Source of the DNA: Shigella phage CWP003
Strand: one strand, 5' to 3'
Sequence record: OL856099
DNA length: 64,000 nt
The translations under genes and the position numbers were made by a program. The notes under the pieces were generated by a model. That model did not search any database and had not been told where the DNA came from. It saw only the letters and a program-made list of their open reading frames with translations. The stretch's first letter is position 1. Every line of letters begins with the position of its first letter. Below, piece by piece: positions 58,714 to 64,000 of the stretch.

Positions 58714-58943
58714 CCGATAAACAATACGCAGTCGGGCAGCGTGACATCGAGCAACTCGACGAGGGCGGCTATTATACGCGCCACATCTATGCCATGACGC
58801 ATGAAGGACTTTACAGCAAGTCTGACATCGCTGCTGAACTGGCCCATCGTGACTTGCAAATTGACATGTTGCGTCTTGCTCTTGAGAAGCAAACACAAAT
58901 CGCCATCGAAATTTTGGAGAAGTTAAATGATACAACGTTATGA
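58710..58943 (+). CDS. Hypothetical small protein
   Basis: Track ORF. Confidence 0.4.
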   Translation: MTDKQYAVGQRDIEQLDEGGYYTRHIYAMTHEGLYSKSDIAAELAHRDLQIDMLRLALEKQTQIAIEILEKLNDTTL

Positions 58944-59502
58944 TGTTGATTATTGCACGCAGCACGCTTGCACATGCGAAGTTGTAAAGGATGATGAAGG
59001 CGGCTATGTTGAATATGAGGACTATGCCGCGTTGGAAGCGAAATACAGTGAAGTAAAAAGTCGCGTCGAGCTGGAAGCGAAACATAGTGAAGTTAAAACG
59101 TATGCAGTAAACTGCAACGACGCGTGGCTTAATACAAAGGGTGATGACACCTCTGGTTCATATGTCAAGTTTTCTGATTATGCCGCGCTGGAAGCGAAAT
59201 ATAGTGAAGCGCAACGCGAGTTGGTTGCATTACGCTCACAGGTCCGTGATGCATCGGCGCTCGTTAAGCAGTTGCACGATGTTGTTGCTACTATAGTCGT
59301 GGATGTTGATGCGCCGAAGGAAGAAGCGTGGACCGTGTGGCACGGTGGAGAGAATCCGGTGCCTGGGGAAATGGTTGAATACAAGCTGCGCAATGGAGAA
59401 GATAAAGTGCTGTCAAGACTCTCTGACCATCTTCACTGGGGTCATATAGGCGCGTTAAAGGGCAGCGACATCATCGCTTATCGGGTCGTTAAGGAGGGGT
59501 GA
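58927..59502 (+). CDS. Early protein with internal DYAALEAKYSE repeats and the shared C-terminal module
   Basis: Three copies of (E/S)DYAALEAKYSE-like repeats; C-terminus WTVWHGGENPVPGEMVEYKLRNGED...DIIAYRVVKEG. Confidence 0.5.
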   Translation: MIQRYDVDYCTQHACTCEVVKDDEGGYVEYEDYAALEAKYSEVKSRVELEAKHSEVKTYAVNCNDAWLNTKGDDTSGSYVKFSDYAALEAKYSEAQRELVALRSQVRDASALVKQLHDVVATIVVDVDAPKEEAWTVWHGGENPVPGEMVEYKLRNGEDKVLSRLSDHLHWGHIGALKGSDIIAYRVVKEG

Positions 59503-60035
59503 TGGGTAACAATGCAGGATGGGGCAAGCCGCGATACTCCAAACTTGCCCACTACTTTGACAATGGCGAACAAATCAGCTTGTGCGGCAAATTCAATAAG
59601 GGCAATACGGAGTTGACCGACTCTCAAGAAATGGAGTCAAGTTTAACAATTGGTGATTGCGCGAAGTGTCGCAAGGCATTATATGAATTATTAACTCTAA
59701 AGGGATTGAAAGTTGCAAAATCAAGGGATGAATGGGTCATGAACGTCTGTGAAGGGAATACAGAATTAATGGATGAATGGCTAAAGACGGATGCGGTCAA
59801 TGCCATATTCAAAAGGAATTATAAGACCTGTATGCGTTACAAGATGAAAGATGATATTATTTTTATGGTATTATCTTATTCAAGGAACACAACGGACGTC
59901 AAAAAGCTTCGACAATATCGCCACAAGGTCATGTGTGAATTGCGCCGTTTAGGAGTGATTGTTGATAATAATGTCATTAAAACGGAGTTGGAGAAGCGGG
60001 ATAAAAGGAATGGTGACTGGAAGGTCAGCGGATAA
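59499..60035 (+). CDS. Hypothetical protein with N-terminal Cys pairs (possible zinc ribbon)
   Basis: Track ORF; ...LCGKF...DCAKCRKA. Confidence 0.4.
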   Translation: MMGNNAGWGKPRYSKLAHYFDNGEQISLCGKFNKGNTELTDSQEMESSLTIGDCAKCRKALYELLTLKGLKVAKSRDEWVMNVCEGNTELMDEWLKTDAVNAIFKRNYKTCMRYKMKDDIIFMVLSYSRNTTDVKKLRQYRHKVMCELRRLGVIVDNNVIKTELEKRDKRNGDWKVSG

Positions 60036-60300
60036 AGAACACTGTATTGCGTGTTTTGAATAATGGGATGTGTACAATTGGTCGCTTTACGCGGCCTTTT
60101 GTTGTTGTTTGGGTCGTGTTTCGTGATTGAATAATTATGAGGCGATGTTTTATTTATTAATTGTGCGGAAATATTTAGAAATATATATAGACAGGATTGT
60201 TAATATTTTAATAGTGTATGGCTATCGGTCCGTGGTGTTTGTTAGGAATTATCTATGGATTGAAATTTTAGTGTCGTGAAACGTGGTGTTTGAACATATT

Positions 60301-60660
60301 TGATACGCGTAAAATACGGCTAAAAATTAAGCGTATCATGGCTGCAGGCCGCGCCGTTCCTGGATTCCTCTTTTCCAAATTGGTACACCCTTACGTCATG
60401 ATACGTCATGGTTTTTTATCCGTATCAGTGTACAGCCCTTGCCGCGCCTGGCTTGTACATTAATCTTACGGATGATACGGATAAAACTGGGCATCGTTAT
60501 ATATATAATTTGAAAAATTAATTAACTCCATTTTGAATTAATTTAAATTAATTTTTTTCTACATCCTCATACTTATGTTAATTTATATATAACGTATTAT
60601 CCGTAAGATATAAGTAAAAACAAAGACTTGCGGCAATACGGATGATACGTCATGATACGC
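60301..60660. repeat. Iteron locus 2: GATACGGAT/ATCCGTATC and GATACGTCATG repeats around an AT-rich core; shares a 21-mer with locus 1
   Basis: Seen directly: ACGTCATGATACGTCATGG, TTTTATCCGTATCAG, AATCTTACGGATGATACGGAT (identical to 8029-8049), AT-rich 60490-60590, TTATCCGTAAGAT, CAATACGGATGATACGTCATGATACGC. Confidence 0.65.
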
Positions 60661-60806
60661 TTCAACCAGCCAGTAGCGGCTAAGTCATTGATTTGCATAA
60701 CAAGCGGCGAAAGGGATGGACTTCTTTTATACGTATCAAACAGTACACCACGCACCACGGTCCGATATTCATTCAGCACTATGATTTATGTACGTTTACA
60801 GCCAAT

Positions 60807-60835
60807 TTGAACATCAATCTGCACTTGAATATAAT
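60807..60835 (+). promoter_or_regulatory. Sigma70-like promoter (TTGAAC, 17 nt spacer, TATAAT)
   Basis: Read from sequence; followed by two tandem TTGCACTAT motifs overlapping the RBS and ATG of the downstream gene. Confidence 0.45.
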
Positions 60836-60887
60836 GTTCAATCATTATATAATTCACACTATTAATTTGCACTATGGGATTTGCACT

Positions 60888-61361
60888 ATGAGTCAAGATT
60901 ATGTAGCAATGCCTGAAGACTTTGAAGACCCGCGATTTGCAGAGCATAATCAGGCATTATTCGATGAGTTCATCGACCTTGTTATTCAGGGCCATGACAT
61001 GCGCGCAGCTTTTGCACTAGTATTTGGCATGGAGGTTGCGACCGATAACTACACTGGCCAGCGAATCCTGTGCACTCAGCGCAATCCGTACTACAAGATG
61101 CGCTACAAAAAGCGTATGGAAGAGATGCCATTGAAGGAATTGTGGAGCGTAAAGAGTTCCATTCACAATTTAGTGAAGCTTGTGCGTGATCCAGAAGTCG
61201 CAGCATCAGCCAAGCTTAATGCCATTCGTGAACTGAATATCATCTACGGCATTACGATGATTGATGAAAACGGCAATAGTAAAATGGGCCGTTCCATGGA
61301 TGATTTCTACAAGGATTTTGGAGAGGCGGCCAAAGAGGGTGAGCAATTCTCCCGCCACTAG
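60888..61361 (+). CDS. Small helical DNA-binding-like protein (possible regulator or small terminase-like protein)
   Basis: 157 aa from ATG 60888 in frame with track ORF 60693..61361; central stretch IDLVIQGHDMRAAFALVFGMEVATDNYTGQRIL reads as an HTH-like segment. Functional call speculative. Confidence 0.4.
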   Translation: MSQDYVAMPEDFEDPRFAEHNQALFDEFIDLVIQGHDMRAAFALVFGMEVATDNYTGQRILCTQRNPYYKMRYKKRMEEMPLKELWSVKSSIHNLVKLVRDPEVAASAKLNAIRELNIIYGITMIDENGNSKMGRSMDDFYKDFGEAAKEGEQFSRH

Positions 61362-61380
61362 CCAATTTGCACTATAAAAC

Positions 61381-61414
61381 GGCCCTAGAACACATTTTCT
61401 CCACTTCTAGGGCC
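61381..61414. other. Perfect 10-bp hairpin (GGCCCTAGAA...TTCTAGGGCC, 14-nt loop) just after a motif copy
   Basis: Seen in sequence; no U-run follows on the plus strand. Confidence 0.4.
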
Positions 61415-61475
61415 ATCGGTAATACGACGGGGAAGGCTGCAACCATAAACGCGTTAGAAAGTGTATTATTATAAG

Positions 61476-61739
61476 TCATCTTTTAGTCACTTTACGTAAC
61501 AATTTACGACCTTCCGCCGTCCAGTCGAACGACTCCACCAGCAAATTTGCACTATAACCTAAGACGATGCGCCCTTTCTCGTTATCTACCCGCCAACAAG
61601 TCTCAAATAGCATTCGATTTGCACTATTAACTATCGCCGCAACGCGCGTTGGGTAAGCGCAATTTGCACTATGGTCATAAAGGGATAAGGTGCGACCACT
61701 TCCGATGGACAACGTAGCGATGAGAATAAGCGTATTCAT
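61476..61739 (-). CDS. Possible small ORF overlapping three motif copies (each read as Ser-Ala-Asn)
   Basis: Track ORF; GGTGG RBS before the ATG; coding status uncertain because the repeated motif dominates. Confidence 0.3.
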   Translation of the reverse strand: MNTLILIATLSIGSGRTLSLYDHSANCAYPTRVAAIVNSANRMLFETCWRVDNEKGRIVLGYSANLLVESFDWTAEGRKLLRKVTKR

Positions 61740-61789
61740 AAGCCACCAATTTGCACTATGAAAAGCGACCCCGAAGGGCCGCCATTCGA

Positions 61790-62416
61790 TTAGATAATCT
61801 GGAAGGTGTAGGACTTGTTGCCGAACTCGAAGTTCAAGCGTCCCGCTTCTTTAAGCTTCATGCGGAAGCGAATGTGCTTGCTATCCGGTAAGCCCAGCGC
61901 GGCGAACGCTACGCGGACTGATTTGAACTCGCCTACACCCTCGACCATAACGGCGTTACGGGTGAGACGCTTTTGCGCCACTTCCTTGTTATCCCAACTT
62001 TTTGCAATACCTTCGCTATTCGAACGGCGATGGGAAGGAGTTCCATTTTGCACTACGCAACTTGCACTATCGTTTAGGCCGCTTTTAACGAAGGCTTCAT
62101 ACTCTTCGTCGGTCATCGCGTCGAGTTCTTCCTGGGTCGGCTCGGCCTTTTTGACGACCGCACGCGCCTTATGCGTTTTTACATCGCTGGACACTTCCTC
62201 GCGCGGCTTCGCGTCTGGGATGGGCGATTCGTTGGACGGCTCATCGAGCGCGTTTAAGGACTCGATTAACGCGATTACGCGAGTCTCGGCGGTCCGGCGG
62301 TCCGCAAACTTCTTAATCGGTTTTGAGCCGGAATTTGCATTATAGAATGCAACGAGGTCGGCGGTCTTAGTTGCGATAACGTCGCCGCTAGTAGAAAAGC
62401 GATTTAAGCTAACCAT
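61790..62416 (-). CDS. Hypothetical protein (basic/acidic mixed), CpG-rich codon usage
   Basis: 208 aa track ORF; TAGGAG RBS 7 nt before the ATG; contains motif copies at 62048, 62062 and 62335. Confidence 0.5.
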   Translation of the reverse strand: MVSLNRFSTSGDVIATKTADLVAFYNANSGSKPIKKFADRRTAETRVIALIESLNALDEPSNESPIPDAKPREEVSSDVKTHKARAVVKKAEPTQEELDAMTDEEYEAFVKSGLNDSASCVVQNGTPSHRRSNSEGIAKSWDNKEVAQKRLTRNAVMVEGVGEFKSVRVAFAALGLPDSKHIRFRMKLKEAGRLNFEFGNKSYTFQII

Positions 62417-62496
62417 AATAAACTCCTATTTGTTAGGGCGCTAGGCGCGAAAGAATTTTATTAAAGCGCCGCGCACGACGCTCTAAAAATCCTCTC

Positions 62497-62811
62497 TTAC
62501 TCTTCGTCGTCTTCGATTAATTCGAGGGCGAAGGCGTAAGCTTTGCTATCGTAATTAACTAAAACGGCGAGTTCGAACTCGTTAATAAACGCCGTTTTAC
62601 CGCATAAATTTAATTCCGCATCGACTTCGAAGAATCCGTTTTCGTCGCGCTCTAAGCGAGAAGCAGCGAGTTGCTCGATTACCGTCGCGTCGTTAATTTC
62701 TTCGCCTAAGCGAACGCCGGAGAATTTCGCGAGAATTTCGCCGTAAGTAAGCGTAACGCCCTGGACTTCGGCGGTTGCGTTTTCGAGGGTAAAGCGGGTA
62801 ACGATAGCCAT
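62497..62811 (-). CDS. Small acidic protein
   Basis: 104 aa; TAGGAG RBS; acidic C-terminus (ELIEDDEE). Confidence 0.5.
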   Translation of the reverse strand: MAIVTRFTLENATAEVQGVTLTYGEILAKFSGVRLGEEINDATVIEQLAASRLERDENGFFEVDAELNLCGKTAFINEFELAVLVNYDSKAYAFALELIEDDEE

Positions 62812-62951
62812 AACAAACTCCTAGTTGGGAGAGGCGTTAACGACCTATTCGTTAACTCATCCCGTCCCGATATGAGTACATTATAATATAGTGTAGAAAA
62901 AAGTAAAGCACTTTTTCGATAAAAATGCGATAAATTATTTTATCTTTTTTC

Positions 62952-62979
62952 TTTACTTCTTCGTACACTCGCGTATACT
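62952..62979 (+). promoter_or_regulatory. Promoter A (TTTACT, 16 nt spacer, TATACT) followed by conserved box GTTTATATCGAGACGGG
   Basis: Read from sequence; paralogous to promoter B. Confidence 0.45.
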
Positions 62980-63035
62980 TGTTTATATCGAGACGGGCGA
63001 TGGCCCTTTCTTCTACTAGCATCGGGAGCTTTATT

Positions 63036-63338
63036 ATGACTACTTTAATCTCTTCCATCCTTACTTACGACGAAGACCGCTTAACCGTTCGCTCTCTTAT
63101 CGCCGCCGTTAACGCGGAACTCGAAACTAGCATTATTAAAGCGCGCGCCGTCGCCTTCGTCGGCCTTTCCTTCGACGATATTAAGTATGCAGAGTATAGC
63201 GCCATTCGCGTCGTTACTACCGACGATAACGCCGTTACCCTTATCGAGACGGTTACGCCTCGCGGCGAAGCGTTAATTATCGTCGAGTATATCGACGTAG
63301 AAGGCGATAAAGCTTATAAATATTTTATCGCAGAATAA
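63036..63338 (+). CDS. Small hypothetical protein
   Basis: 100 aa from ATG 63036 in frame with track ORF 62979..63338; CpG-rich codons. Confidence 0.45.
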   Translation: MTTLISSILTYDEDRLTVRSLIAAVNAELETSIIKARAVAFVGLSFDDIKYAEYSAIRVVTTDDNAVTLIETVTPRGEALIIVEYIDVEGDKAYKYFIAE

Positions 63339-63350
63339 CGAAAAAAGTGC

Positions 63351-63379
63351 TTTACTTCTTCGTACACTAAGACTATAAT
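63351..63379 (+). promoter_or_regulatory. Promoter B (TTTACT, 17 nt spacer, TATAAT) followed by conserved box GTTTTATATCGAGAGGGG and a 5'-UTR hairpin
   Basis: Read from sequence; hairpin GGTAGCGA-ATAGG-TCGCTACC at 63412-63432. Confidence 0.45.
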
Positions 63380-63446
63380 GTTTTATATCGAGAGGGGATG
63401 AGGTAGCGAATAGGTCGCTACCCTCCCGACTAACTAGGAGAATATT

Positions 63447-63737
63447 ATGATTACTTTAGCCGCTATCCGTTCCGCTCGCGTCGAAACTTCCGAAAACTCT
63501 AACGTATTTGGCGAAAAACTTAAAAACGTTTATCTCTTTAACGTAGATGCGACTATCGAAGAGCTTCATAGTCCTATCGATTTTAGCGAATTTACGGAAC
63601 TCGAAGAGGAAGATATTACTACCTTCCGCGTTACTATCGAAGGTAAGGTTTATTTTGCTACGGAGTTCGGCGGCGAATATCTCGCGGTATCCGAAGGCGA
63701 AGGCCGTTACTCTTTCTTTAAAATCGTCTCCTTATAA
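63447..63737 (+). CDS. Small acidic hypothetical protein
   Basis: 96 aa track ORF with AGGAGAA RBS. Confidence 0.45.
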   Translation: MITLAAIRSARVETSENSNVFGEKLKNVYLFNVDATIEELHSPIDFSEFTELEEEDITTFRVTIEGKVYFATEFGGEYLAVSEGEGRYSFFKIVSL

Positions 63738-63901
63738 TACCCTTCCGTTACTAATAGGCCGCGCTTAGTCGCGGCTTTTCTTCGTCCCTATCTCGATGCG
63801 CTTCTCCGCGAAAACTCCTTTATCCTTCCCTTCTTCGTCGCATAATCTTCGTCGAGATGCGCCTTAGTTCGCATAACAGGTATTACGTTAAATGGAGAAC
63901 A

Positions 63902-63975
63902 TCGCGTAAGTCCTTGTTTTATATAGACACCTATATCGGACCGTTAGGGAGGGTCGCGTAAGTCGTTGTTTTATA
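63902..63975. repeat. Two direct 22-bp repeats TCGCGTAAGTC(C/G)TTGTTTTATA
   Basis: Seen directly at 63902-63923 and 63954-63975; contain the same GTTTTATA core as the boxes downstream of promoters A and B. Confidence 0.5.
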
Positions 63976-64000
63976 AAGGCGCAAAACTTTCCCTTCGTTC

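Larger units (their letters stand above)
60867..62343 (+). repeat. Dispersed same-orientation motif cluster, consensus AATTTGCACTAT (at least 10 copies)
   Basis: Copies at 60867, 60881, 61367, 61547, 61619, 61664, 61751, 62048 (TTGCACTAC), 62062 and 62335 (TTGCATTAT), all on the plus strand. Confidence 0.7.

Noticed and set aside
60036-60300. Possible tRNA or small RNA in the long non-coding stretch 60036-60300
   Set aside because: No convincing cloverleaf (acceptor stem plus T-arm GTTC-like element) could be identified by eye; a tRNAscan run would be needed.
60867-62343. CRISPR array interpretation of the TTGCACTAT repeats
   Set aside because: Repeat unit is only 9-12 bp, spacings are irregular (14 to 486 nt), and some copies lie within ORFs; this does not fit repeat-spacer architecture.

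Overview
The window reads as most of a tailed dsDNA phage genome, or a prophage, laid out in four blocks. (1) A plus-strand morphogenesis block (about 1.3-29.9 kb) runs from large terminase through portal, Mu F-like head morphogenesis protein, scaffold, major capsid, putative sheath and tube, tape measure with a transglycosylase domain, baseplate and tail fibres, to a GH19-type endolysin. (2) A long minus-strand replication and nucleotide-metabolism operon (about 47.5 kb down to 29.9 kb) encodes an SF1 helicase, a K/A/E-rich histone-like protein, an FAD-binding oxidoreductase, a divergent ThyX-like protein, a HAD phosphatase, an SDR, a DnaQ-like exonuclease, a DnaE-type polymerase, VRR-NUC, an SNF2 helicase, an SSB-like protein, an embedded Rz/Rz1 spanin pair, MazG and an ATP-dependent ligase. 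(3) A plus-strand early block (47.6-60.0 kb) holds an AEP-type primase, a VirE/D5-like NTPase and many small ORFs separated by repeated terminator-promoter cassettes. (4) A regulatory end region (60.0-64.0 kb) contains an iteron locus, a dense cluster of AATTTGCACTAT motifs, and a compositionally distinct CpG-rich module with twin promoters. The most interesting candidates are the enzyme cluster at 40.2-44.9 kb (possible nucleotide or DNA modification pathway), the AATTTGCACTAT motif cluster, the paired iteron loci at about 8.0 kb and 60.4 kb, and the convergent two-gene cassette between terL and portal. All calls rest on reading the sequence and recalled motifs; no database search was run, and coordinates I derived myself (promoters, terminators, repeats, revised starts) may be off by a few bases.
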